From: Acidobacteriota bacterium
GTDB lineage: Bacteria; Acidobacteriota; Thermoanaerobaculia; Multivoradales; JAHEKO01
Assembly (NCBI GenBank): GCA_029263375.1
Contig: JAJCXP010000366.1
Coordinates: 2,402-66,401, forward strand
Length of the DNA: 64,000 nucleotides
Reading direction: 5' to 3'
Part shown: one piece after another, positions 18,946-28,944 of the stretch
Layout of the letters: every line of letters begins with the position of its first letter
Position numbering within the stretch: the first letter of the stretch is position 1
The notes under the pieces: generated by a model
Database searches by the model: none
Seen by the model: the letters and a program-made list of their open reading frames with translations, nothing else
What the model was told of the DNA's origin: nothing
Translations under genes and position numbers: made by a program

Positions 18946-19729
18946 CCAGTTCTGCGACGTGGAGAACCTCGATTAGTTCTCTTCGAATAAGCTGAAAACC
19001 GTGCTCTGTACGCAGAGTGAGCTCAGGGCTCTTCGGCAGCGGAGCTATGACTTCGCGTAGCACCCTCGCTGGGCGCTTCGTCAAGACAATCAGGCGCTGC
19101 CCCAAGAACAGGGCCTCCTCGATATCGTGAGTCACAAACACAATAGTCCTGGGTCGTTCGAGCCAGGACTCCAGAAGCTCACATTGCATGCGTTCCTTCG
19201 TTGGCAAGTCCAGTCCGGCGAATGGCTCGTCAAGCAAGAGAATTGGGGGGTCATTGATGAACGCTCTCGCAAGATCGACTCGTTTGCGCATTCCCCCTGA
19301 CAGCTGGCGGGGGTAGAGATTTCGATAGCGCTCCAAACGCACATTCCGAAGCAGCTCCTCCACCCTCGCGTCAGTGAAGGTGCGCTCCAAGCCCCTCGCG
19401 CGTGGGCCGTACCTGAGGTTTCCCTCTACAGTCAGCCACGGAAAGAGAGCATCCTCCTGAAACACTACTGCTCTATCCGTGCCAGGCCCCTCGACGGGCT
19501 GCCCGTCGACGCAAACTGACCCCGAGGTCGGTCTCAGGAAGCCAGCCACGAGATTCAGTACAGTCGACTTTCCGCAGCCGGAAGGCCCCAGTAGGGAGAG
19601 AATCTCATTCTCTTTGACACTGACCGAGAGGTTTGAGACTGCCTCGATAGCCCCTTGCCCTGAGTCGAACGTCATGCTCACGTTGTCCAACTCAATGCGT
19701 GCTCTAGCGATGTCCGGAAAGCTAGCCAT
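18926..19729 (-). CDS. ABC transporter ATP-binding protein (SsuB/TauB-like)
   Basis: Walker A GPSGCGKST. ABC signature LSGGMRKRV. Walker B LLLDEPFAGLD. Confidence 0.85.
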   Translation of the reverse strand: MASFPDIARARIELDNVSMTFDSGQGAIEAVSNLSVSVKENEILSLLGPSGCGKSTVLNLVAGFLRPTSGSVCVDGQPVEGPGTDRAVVFQEDALFPWLTVEGNLRYGPRARGLERTFTDARVEELLRNVRLERYRNLYPRQLSGGMRKRVDLARAFINDPPILLLDEPFAGLDLPTKERMQCELLESWLERPRTIVFVTHDIEEALFLGQRLIVLTKRPARVLREVIAPLPKSPELTLRTEHGFQLIRRELIEVLHVAELGVEDER

Positions 19730-21089
19730 CTTCTGCTGCCGAAACGAAGCCTAGGTTCACATTTTCGAGTCTCTCTACATGGGACTCCTCGAGTAGCTGC
19801 ACGTACTGCTGAGGGTCGAGGGGAGCCCCGGCCCCACCAAAGGGCTCGTACTCTGCTGTGATCCAGCCAACAAGCTCTTCGATTCGTTCTTGCGCTAGAG
19901 GGCTCAGCCTTCCAAGGATCTCATCGAAAAGACCTGAGACCTGCGTCAGATCTAGGCCAGCTTCCTCCAGGCGACTCCGACAAGCAAATACCTTGTTGAT
20001 CGGCGCATGCCACTTCGGCGGGATCGACGGCAAGGCCTGCCACAGCTCGGTGTCCTTGACCACAACCTCCAGGCGGGGAGCACGACGACATGAGCTTGCT
20101 GCTATGAGTTGGGGGTGGCCACCCGCGACCAGATAGTGGTCTCGGTAGCCTTTCGCCAAACCCGCCATCGCGGTGCTCGTATTGGCCTCCGTGGCTATGA
20201 CCACCTCATCCTGTCCAACGTTTGGCCAGTCGAAGAAACCTTTCCACTCCTCTTCCTCTATGACCCGGAGATCCTTCGCTAGGCCGAGTAGCAACCGCGC
20301 ATTGGCCTCGATGTCAGAGCCCGCCTCCACGACGATCACCTTGCCACCGAGGTTTCTGAGAATGCGCTGCAGTATCTCGCCCCCGGAGAGGTCTGGATTG
20401 GCACGTTGAAGATCCGAGTAGCTGGTTGGTTCACGATCTTCGCTCGGCTTTTGGCCGATGATGCAAAAGCACGGCTCAAGCCGGATTCGCCAGTGATTCA
20501 GCTTCACGAGACCCGGAGCCCCTCCCAGCGCGAGATGACGTGCTTGTGCCTCATTGCCGAGGCAGAAGAGTGGGCCTTGAGGCTTGGTGATCTCTGACAG
20601 GAGATCGGACCAGGGCCTCGTCTCGACGGCGCCCTCTTTGGCAGCGGCAGAGAGTTGATTGAGCCCGGCGACGAAGTCGCGTGTCGCCCAAGCGAGGATC
20701 AGATTGTCAACAAATGGGCCAATCGCAAGGAACGGTGTTCCCTTCGCGATGACCGCCGCATAGCGGATTTCCTCTCCGGCATCGCTTCTTAGTTCTTGGT
20801 AGTCGAGGCCGACGGCCTTGGCCAGAGCCTCAAGCGTGGTGTCGCTGGGCGATCGCTTGCCGCGAAGTATGAGAGATACCGCTGACTTGGAGAGACCGCT
20901 CTTCGCTTCGATAGCGGACAGCTTCAGTTTCTCCCGCTTCACGGTTGCGTCGATCTGAGCAACGCACCAGTCCTTGAGCTGGATCTCCGAGACCCGCTTT
21001 TCGATCCGGGTTCCTGCGGTCAAGTTCGTCGCCTCCTTGGGCCTCGGTGGAAGAAAACAGGTGCGCCCCGTCCCTGGGTCGGGGCGCAC
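19722..21089 (-). CDS. XRE-type HTH transcriptional regulator with a C-terminal binding-protein-like domain
   Basis: HTH segment LSKSAVSLILRGKRSPSDTTLEALAKAVGLD. Overlaps the ABC ATPase gene start. The C-terminal domain assignment is tentative. Confidence 0.45.
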   Translation of the reverse strand: MRPDPGTGRTCFLPPRPKEATNLTAGTRIEKRVSEIQLKDWCVAQIDATVKREKLKLSAIEAKSGLSKSAVSLILRGKRSPSDTTLEALAKAVGLDYQELRSDAGEEIRYAAVIAKGTPFLAIGPFVDNLILAWATRDFVAGLNQLSAAAKEGAVETRPWSDLLSEITKPQGPLFCLGNEAQARHLALGGAPGLVKLNHWRIRLEPCFCIIGQKPSEDREPTSYSDLQRANPDLSGGEILQRILRNLGGKVIVVEAGSDIEANARLLLGLAKDLRVIEEEEWKGFFDWPNVGQDEVVIATEANTSTAMAGLAKGYRDHYLVAGGHPQLIAASSCRRAPRLEVVVKDTELWQALPSIPPKWHAPINKVFACRSRLEEAGLDLTQVSGLFDEILGRLSPLAQERIEELVGWITAEYEPFGGAGAPLDPQQYVQLLEESHVERLENVNLGFVSAAEDG

Positions 21090-21248
21090 CTGAACGGGCC
21101 GTCTAGGCCCGCGGCGACCTGCGGAGAACCTGGAAGATGTGCGCGCAGATCACGGCGACGTAACTGAGCACTTCCAGGCCCTTGAGCAGAATGGCGGCCA
21201 TAATGGGCCTCCCTTCGGTTTAGGACACGGCGCGGGACACCGGTCAAG

Positions 21249-21284
21249 TTGACAACAGGTGCGGGGCGCCTGTACACTAGACGA
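21249..21284 (+). promoter_or_regulatory. sigma70-like promoter (TTGACA - 18 bp - TACACT)
   Basis: ttgacaacaggtgcggggcgcctgtacact read directly. No long ORF follows for ~500 nt. Confidence 0.3.
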
Positions 21285-21814
21285 CCGGGAGTTTGACAGC
21301 GCCCCCAGGGGGTCGCTGTCGGAGGGACGTCAAGTCCCCGCGGCGCACGCCGCACCCACAGCCAGGGCCTTGCCGCCCTGGTTTTTTCTTGCCTTCTGGC
21401 ATCGTTGTCTCGGAAGCGTCTCATCGTTATCGCGAACGATATAACAACTTGCGCCGATTTGTCAAACGACTTGTTTGCGCCCGCCATCTGCACCCAGTTA
21501 CCTCGCCGAATCCGCCTACCAACTAGGTATGTAGGCTCCGAAATCAAAACCGACACCCGCAAGCCGGTTACGGCCTGGTTCCCCTGGTTCCCCACGTCGT
21601 CGGCCTCACGCCCGACCCCGGACTTTTTCCTCCCTACCAGTCGGACAACGGGCCTGCGGTTTCGCTACCACGAAATCCTCGGCCAAAAGCCCGGGGTCGG
21701 CCGTTCGTCTCCGCCCGCCTGACGGCGGGTTCGCCACCCTATGGGTGGCCGAAGCCAACCGACGACGTGGGGGACTAGCCGTTCCGGGCTAGCGCCCCAC
21801 GAAGGGTTGACTGG

Positions 21815-22141
21815 CTAGGCTTCGATCCCCTCGCAGCTCTCCCCTTCCCCGCCTTCGCTGGCGAGAGCTTCCAGGCACTCTCTAACGAGCTGTGCCTCCT
21901 GGTTTTCGATCGGGACGAATCGTACGTCTTCGTCCTGTCGCACGCTGTCCCGAAGCCTCTTCGCCAGCTCGAGGCGCTCCTCGACTGGTAGCTCCAGCAG
22001 CTTGTTGAGTTCGCTCTTGTTCATGCCATTCAGCATAGGCCTGTCCAGCGACTTTGCAAGTTCTCTTGGGTATACTGATTCCAGATCCCCGTACACGGTT
22101 CGGAAACCGATCCCTACTGCCTTGCTGGCTCGGTCACCCAT
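21815..22141 (-). CDS. hypothetical small acidic protein
   Basis: 108-aa ORF divergent from the T4CP-like gene. No recognised motif. Confidence 0.3.
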   Translation of the reverse strand: MGDRASKAVGIGFRTVYGDLESVYPRELAKSLDRPMLNGMNKSELNKLLELPVEERLELAKRLRDSVRQDEDVRFVPIENQEAQLVRECLEALASEGGEGESCEGIEA

Positions 22142-22217
22142 AACGACCCGGCAAAGCCACCTGCGAATAGGACGTGGGGGCAGGTAGCTTGCGCGGCATG
22201 CGTGGCGTCACGTCCTA

Positions 22218-23528
22218 TTGGCCGCGACTGCGGCGCTAGGAGTAGGGGTCGGCTTCGGAACCATGAGCGAGATCACGTACATCGGCGAACGCACTCCCTG
22301 GGGCGAACCCCGGCTCTTTGGCGTGGAGCGAGTCGATCGGCGGCAGCACCTCTACACCGTCGGCAAGACGGGTCTCGGAAAGACGACACTTCTTCGGAAC
22401 CTCCTCCTCCAGGACATCCACCGGGGAGAAGGAGTCGGCCTGATCGATCCGCACGGCGACCTGGCCGAGGAGATCCTCGATCACATCCCGGCGCATCGCG
22501 CCAACGACGTTCTCTACTTCAACCCTGCCGACCTCGACTTCCCCATCGGCTTCAACATGCTCCGCGCCGCATCACCCGACGAGGAGCACCTGGTCGTCTC
22601 GACGACGGTCTCGGCCTTCAAGCACCTGTGGGCTGATTCCTGGGGACCGCGGCTCGAGTACATCCTCTCGAACGCGCTGGCGGCTCTTGTCGAGCAAGGG
22701 CGGAGCACTCTCATCGACGTGCTGCGGATGCTCTCCGACGAGCGCTACCGCACTCGCGTCGCCCAGCGGATCCGCGACCCCATCGTCCGCCGCTTCTGGC
22801 AAGAGGAGTTCGCCGCCTACGACAAACGGTTTCGCGCCGAAGCCGTGGCGCCGGTGCAGAACAAGCTCGGCCGTTTCCTCGCTTCCGCACCGCTTCGGAA
22901 CATCCTCGGGCAAGTCCGCAACGCTCTCGACCTACCCTTCATCATGGACAACCAACGGATTCTGATTGCCAATCTCTCGAAGGGCACCCTGGGCGAGGAC
23001 AAGGCGGCGCTTCTCGGTTCACTGCTCGTCGCCTCGTTCCACCTCGCCGCCGTTCAGCGCGCGCGAGTTCCGGAGGAAGAGCGGAAGGACTTCTACCTCT
23101 ACATCGACGAGTTCCACAACTTCACCACCGACGCCTTCGCAACGATCCTTTCCGAAGCTCGGAAGTACCGTCTCTGTCTGACACTGGCACACCAGTATCT
23201 GGAGCAGCTCCAGCCGGAAACGCGGGCGGCCGTCTTCGGAAACGCAGGGACCCTTGTCAGCTTTGGCCTGGGTTCGACCGACGCGGAGATTCTCGCTCCC
23301 AACTTCGCGCCGCTTGGGCCGGAGGCTCTGACCGACCTAGCGAAGCATGAGGCGTACGTGCGGCTGCTCTCCGCGGGAGAGGTGAGCTCGCCGTTCCGAG
23401 CCAAGACGCTGCCTCCACTCGACATGTTCTCGGGCCAGAGTGGGCGGCTGATTCGTCACTCTCAGAATCGCCATGGCACGCCGCGGGCCGTTGTAGAGGA
23501 GAAGATCGAGCGCCGCCTCGCGGCCTGA
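22218..23528 (+). CDS. FtsK/HerA-superfamily ATPase, type IV coupling protein-like (TraD/TraG/VirD4-type DNA-binding ATPase)
   Basis: Walker A YTVGKTGLGKTTLL followed by LIDPHGDL. Walker B FYLYIDEFHNF. C-terminal RKYRLCLTLAHQYLEQL resembles the T4CP Q...QL motif. Possible internal start at MSEITY (22263). Confidence 0.55.
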   Translation: MAATAALGVGVGFGTMSEITYIGERTPWGEPRLFGVERVDRRQHLYTVGKTGLGKTTLLRNLLLQDIHRGEGVGLIDPHGDLAEEILDHIPAHRANDVLYFNPADLDFPIGFNMLRAASPDEEHLVVSTTVSAFKHLWADSWGPRLEYILSNALAALVEQGRSTLIDVLRMLSDERYRTRVAQRIRDPIVRRFWQEEFAAYDKRFRAEAVAPVQNKLGRFLASAPLRNILGQVRNALDLPFIMDNQRILIANLSKGTLGEDKAALLGSLLVASFHLAAVQRARVPEEERKDFYLYIDEFHNFTTDAFATILSEARKYRLCLTLAHQYLEQLQPETRAAVFGNAGTLVSFGLGSTDAEILAPNFAPLGPEALTDLAKHEAYVRLLSAGEVSSPFRAKTLPPLDMFSGQSGRLIRHSQNRHGTPRAVVEEKIERRLAA

Positions 23529-23587
23529 GTTGGATTGAGTCTCCCCTGTCGGTACTCTCTTCCGCACGACGCGAAGGGAGGTTCAGC

Positions 23588-24112
23588 ATGCCTCGGAAGA
23601 AGAAGACCGGACGACCCGATCCTAAGTCCAGGGACTACTTCTACCTGTTGGAGGTCACGGGCTTCTCTCTCGCTGGAGGGGCGAGTTCGTGGTACCCGGA
23701 CGAGCTCCCGGATATCCACGACCGCAACTACCGAAAGAAACTAGAGAGGCCGCTCCTCCACGAGGACTTGCGGCTCCATCTGGAGCTCCGCCCCGTCGAT
23801 CCACTCATGCCGGAGGTAACCGATTGCTCCGCCGACCTCCGTGGTCACGAGGCGAATCCAGAGCCCGACTACGAGTCCTTCGGCGGATCCATCACCAAAC
23901 GTAAGGAGAGGCTCAACTACTGGTTCCAATCCACGGTGAATCTGCCCAGAGACCTGGCTTCGGTGCTGTTCGCGGGCCGCGGCGTCTTCATCCGCTTTCA
24001 AGGGTCGAGGATCTACCGTGGCAGCGCAGGTCTTTGTGGGCTTGAGTGGTGGTGCGGTGACCATCCGGATCTGCTTGCGGAGCTTGAGGACACCGACGAT
24101 CACTCGCCCTGA
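23588..24112 (+). CDS. hypothetical protein
   Basis: 174-aa ORF directly downstream of the T4CP-like gene. No recognised motif. Confidence 0.35.
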   Translation: MPRKKKTGRPDPKSRDYFYLLEVTGFSLAGGASSWYPDELPDIHDRNYRKKLERPLLHEDLRLHLELRPVDPLMPEVTDCSADLRGHEANPEPDYESFGGSITKRKERLNYWFQSTVNLPRDLASVLFAGRGVFIRFQGSRIYRGSAGLCGLEWWCGDHPDLLAELEDTDDHSP

Positions 24113-24235
24113 GCTCCGGCGTCTCACTTCCTGTCAGCCGAAAGCTAACCTCGGCTCCAGATGGGCCGGTTCCACTTGTTGTCCTACCCTTGCGAACCCG
24201 TTCGCTTCACGCGATGACTCCCGCGACGCTGCTCG

Positions 24236-25954
24236 CTAGCCTGGTGGACCGACCAACCGGCGCGCCCACCAGGTCAGTCGATTCACCTGTCTTGTCTCAG
24301 TTGATATTTCGGCACCCGTCGATCCAACAACGGAGAGGCGCCCGTCCTGCATCAAGAACCGCTGACCGGATCGTTCGCATTGCCAGTTCCTTCGATTGAA
24401 CACGGCACAAGAGTCGAAGCCCACCGAAGTGGCCACCTTCGCCGATCCGCTCCGCTCCGTACGAAGCTCGATGACGGCCTGTGCCTCGACAACCGCCTTG
24501 AAGCGGATCGGCGACTGGGCCCCGGTCGCCGGGCTCCAGCGATAGACGGTCACGATCCCCCGTGTTGCATCTCGGCTCGGAGGAAGCACAACCACCAAGA
24601 GAACTGCCGCAACCGCGGTCAACAGGGCGGCCGCCAAAGATCGCCGAACGAATCCGGCGCTCGTCGCGCTCCTCCATTGCTCTCTGGCTCTGCGAGCGTC
24701 TTCGGGTAGCGCGAGAGTTCGGTAGCGTTCTCTCCTTTTTCTAAGCAGCTGAGCTATTGCGTCGATGCAGCCAAATACCCGCGCCACCGAGGTAATGAAG
24801 AGCCAGACTACGCCGTTCCACATAGCCCAAATCGGGACCTTCCACACGAACCGACTCGCCCGAACATAGGGGTTCAAGAACATCTTGAGCAGGTTGATTC
24901 CGTACCAAAGTCCCGCCACCAAGACAATGTTCGTCGCGATGACTGCTGGGGCCTCTTCGTTCAGAAGCGCTACTAGGAGTAGAAAACCGATGCCCGCGTA
25001 GATCGAAAGATGGATCACTGTCAGGAGCGCAAGAATCCTGAACGACTTGAAGAGAGAGCCGTAGAACGACCGATCGTTCCAGAGCACCTTGACCGTGCCT
25101 CGTTCCCAGCGCCTGCGCTGCCGAAAATACTCTGGGATTGTTGATGGGACAGTCGTCTGCACCGCGATACTTGGGAGGAAGCCGATTCTCAGGCCGCGTT
25201 TCATCAGGTTGACGCTGATCTGAAGATCCCCCGTCTCAAAGTCGGGTGTCATCGCACGAAGCGCGACCAAGAGCTCGTCCGCCCGGAATAGACCACCCGG
25301 CCCATTTATCACCCAGAGCTGCTGCTGCTTCGCAGTGATCCAGTTGTCGGCCTGCACCGCTGCATAGTCCACGTACACGCACTCTTGGAGTGGGTTGGAA
25401 TCGCCCTCAATTAGTGCGTCAATTCTCAGCGCGAGACCCGCCAGGTCGTTGCGGACCATGAAGTCTCTGGCCCTGCAAAAGACCTCGTCTATCGGCCGAC
25501 CGCTGTTCTCGATGAATGAGTCGGCGTCGAGTAGGAAGACATAGGGTGGTAGCTCCCCTCGTCGATCCATCTGCTCGAGCACCTCGCGAATGGCTCCCTC
25601 CTTGCGCATATTGCGCTCGAGGTGCAGGACATCAACTCCATGCAGGTCCTGCCACCGTTCGAGAATCGCTCGGCTCGAGTCGGTCGACGCGTCATTAACG
25701 AAACTGATCCGGTCGAGGTACCCGGCTTGGTGAATCCGCGTCAGAATCGCGTCCAGAGTGTCGGCCTCGTTGAATACCGGGACTACGATACGAAAGTCCA
25801 CCTTGACCGAATCCATAGCGCACTGTGCGCGCCAGTTCACGTCTGTACCACCCTGGCTGCTGGGTTTGCTTGGCATAGTACTTAAGGGATCCGGGCCCAG
25901 AGTCTGCTGGACCTTGCGAGCTTGTCCCCTTGAAGGCTGACTTGAGTTGTCCAC
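24236..25954 (-). CDS. family 2 glycosyltransferase, processive-synthase type (membrane-embedded, QxxRW motif)
   Basis: FRIVVPVFNEADTL, DASTDSS, LLDADSF, QRRRWERG. Multiple TM helices. C-terminal extension. N-terminal start uncertain (alternative Met at ~25816). Confidence 0.7.
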   Translation of the reverse strand: MDNSSQPSRGQARKVQQTLGPDPLSTMPSKPSSQGGTDVNWRAQCAMDSVKVDFRIVVPVFNEADTLDAILTRIHQAGYLDRISFVNDASTDSSRAILERWQDLHGVDVLHLERNMRKEGAIREVLEQMDRRGELPPYVFLLDADSFIENSGRPIDEVFCRARDFMVRNDLAGLALRIDALIEGDSNPLQECVYVDYAAVQADNWITAKQQQLWVINGPGGLFRADELLVALRAMTPDFETGDLQISVNLMKRGLRIGFLPSIAVQTTVPSTIPEYFRQRRRWERGTVKVLWNDRSFYGSLFKSFRILALLTVIHLSIYAGIGFLLLVALLNEEAPAVIATNIVLVAGLWYGINLLKMFLNPYVRASRFVWKVPIWAMWNGVVWLFITSVARVFGCIDAIAQLLRKRRERYRTLALPEDARRAREQWRSATSAGFVRRSLAAALLTAVAAVLLVVVLPPSRDATRGIVTVYRWSPATGAQSPIRFKAVVEAQAVIELRTERSGSAKVATSVGFDSCAVFNRRNWQCERSGQRFLMQDGRLSVVGSTGAEISTETRQVNRLTWWARRLVGPPG

Positions 25955-25991
25955 ATGCGGCCAAACACCACAGTGGGTATCCTAAAAGTGT

Positions 25992-26930
25992 ATGGCACAG
26001 TACGCACGAAGGCCACGCTTCAAGAGGTCCCTAACCCGCAACTTCCACCTCACCGAACGCGACCTCCAGATAATCCAGCACGTCCAACGACACCGACTGC
26101 TCAACTCCGAGCAGATCGTCTCTTTGCTTGGCTCGGGTAGCCCGCAACAGATTCGCCGCCGACTACAGCTACTCTTCCACAACCGCTACCTCGATCGCCC
26201 GCCGGTTCAGATAGCCGACTTCTACCGGACCCCCGGCACGTTGCCCATGGTCTATGGGTTGGGCAACAAGGGGGCCGAGGTCCTTGCGGAGCAACTCGAG
26301 CGGCCACTCAGCAGAGTCGACTGGACGAGCAAGAACAGGTCGATCGGTCCGCGCTTCTTCCACCACACGCTGATGGTCGCCTCGATCATGGTGGCGTTCG
26401 AGGTCGCCTGCCGGCGGCACGACGACGTGCGGCTCATCCCATGGGAGGAGATTCTCGAGACTACATGCCCGCAGGAGACGAAACGCAAGAAACACCCACT
26501 TACTTGGCGGGTGCGTGTTCCGGATCATGGCCCGCTGGGGATCACTCCCGACGGGGCCTTTGGCCTGCACTTTCTCGACCGGCCGGAGGGCCGGAACCGC
26601 TCCTACTTCTTTCTCGAGGCTGACCGGGCGAGCATGCCTGTCTTTCGCAAGGATCTCCGAGGCACCTCCGTCGTCCGCAAGCTCCTCGCCTACCACCAGA
26701 CTGCGGCCCAGAAACTCCATTCCGAACTCTTCGGAATCAACAACTTTCGTGTCCTGACCGTGACGCGAAGTCCTAATCAAGAACGCGTGAAGTCGATGGT
26801 CGAGGCCGCGCGACGGCTTCAAGGCATGCCTGGCGTCTTCCTCTTTGCCGCCGAGACCTCCGTGACGAGCGAGGATGTCCTCGCGATCATGTGGAGAAAC
26901 GGCCGCGGTGAACTGACAGCGCTCTACTAG
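25992..26930 (+). CDS. replication-relaxation family protein (Replic_Relax-like winged helix), ICE/plasmid-associated
   Basis: N-terminal LTERDLQIIQHVQRHRLLNSEQIVSLLG matches the hallmark of the family. Followed by ITPDGAFGL...YFFLEADRASM. Confidence 0.55.
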   Translation: MAQYARRPRFKRSLTRNFHLTERDLQIIQHVQRHRLLNSEQIVSLLGSGSPQQIRRRLQLLFHNRYLDRPPVQIADFYRTPGTLPMVYGLGNKGAEVLAEQLERPLSRVDWTSKNRSIGPRFFHHTLMVASIMVAFEVACRRHDDVRLIPWEEILETTCPQETKRKKHPLTWRVRVPDHGPLGITPDGAFGLHFLDRPEGRNRSYFFLEADRASMPVFRKDLRGTSVVRKLLAYHQTAAQKLHSELFGINNFRVLTVTRSPNQERVKSMVEAARRLQGMPGVFLFAAETSVTSEDVLAIMWRNGRGELTALY

Positions 26931-27308
26931 GCCCGAGTAGTCGTCAGAGTAGCGGGAACACTGCCATTCGTTAGGCGGTCGGATACTCCGGCCGGCTTGC
27001 CGCGCCTGTCTGGCTGCGCCAACAACCGACAGATCGCGCGTCTCGGGCGTCGATCGCGAAGGCTCCATGCGGTTCTCCCGTGACCGCCGTGACCGGACCT
27101 GGCAGAGGCTCCACGAACATCCGATAGGCCCACCTTTCGGTCTACCCGGCCTATGATTCCTCACTGCGACCACGGTCGCCAACCACCCAGGCCTGCCACC
27201 ACCCGCGCTGACAGCACCACGGTGCTGTCGGGCGCAGACTCGAACCCTGACGAGCGCGAGCGGCCCACAACGGGCCGGCCGGGGGCGGTGAACTAGAATC
27301 GATCCCTT

Positions 27309-28436
27309 ATGGAGCATCAGAGTGTCATCGAGCTGCTTGGGTTGGACCCGTTCGGCAGGGTGTTTCTCGTCTTCAGTTTTGTGCTGCTGTTGGCTCCCTA
27401 CATGCAGGACAAGGATTTTGGGGTCCTCAAGATCCCGAGTTTTTCGGATGCTGCAACTAGGAAGCTGCGGGTCCTCGGTCCCGGCTTGTTCCTTGGAGGA
27501 CTGTTGTTATCGGTCCCATTCCTCTCGCCCAAAACCACTGCTTCTGAGCCTAGGAACGAGGAGCTGCTTCGAGAAGCGCGTTCGGCATACGACTCCGGGG
27601 ACTACTTGTCGGCAGCAGGCTTCTTTGAGCGACTATGTAGCTTAGGTGTATCCGACGCCTGTTACTTCCTCGGGAGGCAATACTCCAATGGTGAAGGCGT
27701 AGCTGAGGATGAGGCGAAGGCGGCCCGTCTCTTCCGCAAGGCGTGCGATAGCGGAAACATGGACGGCTGCAACGGCCTTGGTGTTCACTTCGCCAACGGC
27801 GAGGGCGTAGCTGAAGACGACTGGAAGGCTGTCGAGCTCCTCCGCAAGGCCTGTGATGGCGGCGTTGCAAAAGGGTGCCACAACTTGGCCAACCACTACG
27901 CCTTGGGTGAGGGTGTACCCAAGGACGAGGTGAGGGCCGCCGACTTGTACCGCAGGGCCTGTGACAGTGGATTCATGCCGGGGTGTGAACACCTGGGCGT
28001 TCTCTACGTCGAGGGTGAAGGCGTGGCTGAAGACGACGCGAAGGCCGTCGAACTGTTCCGCAAGGCCTGCGACGGCGGAGACCTTCGCGGCTGCAACAAC
28101 CTGGCCATTCAGTATGCCAATGGCGAGGGTGTCACTGAGGACGACGCGAAGGCTGTCGGGCTTTACCGCAATACCTGTGACCGCGGGGACATGTATGGGT
28201 GCACGAGCTTGGGCATTCACTACGCCAACGGCGAGGGCGTGGCCGAGGATGACGCTAAGGCCGTCGAACTCTTCCGAAAGGCCTGCGACGGCGGAGACGT
28301 GCATGGCTGCAACTACTTGGGAATTCACTACGCAAACGGAGAGGGCGTAGCTGAGGACGAGGCTAAGGCCGCCGATTTCTTCCGCAAGGCCTGCGCCGGA
28401 GGACTCGTGAAAGCGTGCTCCGCGCTATCAGCGTGA
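27309..28436 (+). CDS. Sel1-like repeat (SLR/TPR-family) protein with signal/TM N-terminus
   Basis: At least seven 36-aa repeats of the form A.LFRKACDGGD..GCNNLG.HYANGEGV.EDD.KA. Encoded by 108-bp DNA tandem repeats (~27640-28400). Confidence 0.8.
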   Translation: MEHQSVIELLGLDPFGRVFLVFSFVLLLAPYMQDKDFGVLKIPSFSDAATRKLRVLGPGLFLGGLLLSVPFLSPKTTASEPRNEELLREARSAYDSGDYLSAAGFFERLCSLGVSDACYFLGRQYSNGEGVAEDEAKAARLFRKACDSGNMDGCNGLGVHFANGEGVAEDDWKAVELLRKACDGGVAKGCHNLANHYALGEGVPKDEVRAADLYRRACDSGFMPGCEHLGVLYVEGEGVAEDDAKAVELFRKACDGGDLRGCNNLAIQYANGEGVTEDDAKAVGLYRNTCDRGDMYGCTSLGIHYANGEGVAEDDAKAVELFRKACDGGDVHGCNYLGIHYANGEGVAEDEAKAADFFRKACAGGLVKACSALSA

Positions 28437-28587
28437 GGACTACCAGTCGGCCTCGAGACTCTCGATAACATGTAGTTGTCAGAGTGACTTGCTAGGCGCC
28501 GAACTGGGACTTGGTCATTCAATGGGCGAGTTCATCCGCTCATCCTCCCGCCCCCCCAGTGGGCGAACGGAGCGGGGCCGCGCCGGA

Positions 28588-28854
28588 CTATGTCTCGGGT
28601 AAAGGGTGACGGGGCCACAGCACCAAGATGAGATCCGTGCGCGAAACGTGAGTGTAGGACTGCGTTGTCGTGATCGACGCGTGGCCGAGTAGCTCCTGGA
28701 CCATTCGGAGATCAACGCCGTTCCCCAGAGGGAGAGTAGCTGCAGTGTGGCGGAGCCAGGTGAGGCGACCCTTGGTTGCGGTGGCCCGGCTGACGCGAGC
28801 ACCGGGCAACGCTATATGTCGCCCGAGGAGGGCAAGTGCGTCGAGAGTACGCAT
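28588..28854 (-). pseudogene. C-terminal remnant of a tyrosine recombinase (XerC/XerD-like)
   Basis: [41 protein letters not shown] is the conserved C-terminal catalytic box. Only ~88 codons are open. Confidence 0.55.
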
Positions 28855-28944
28855 CGGCTTGACAACCCCCTCCCCGCGCGTAATGTGAAATCAGCCTAGT
28901 TCCTTCCCACCCCTCCCCCACAACCACCCAGGAAAGGAGTTCAC

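Noticed and set aside
26169-27317. 382-aa minus-strand ORF overlapping the Replic_Relax gene and the Sel1 gene start
   Set aside because: Arg/Gly/Pro-rich composition typical of antisense ORFs in high-GC DNA. The opposite-strand genes carry clear family motifs.
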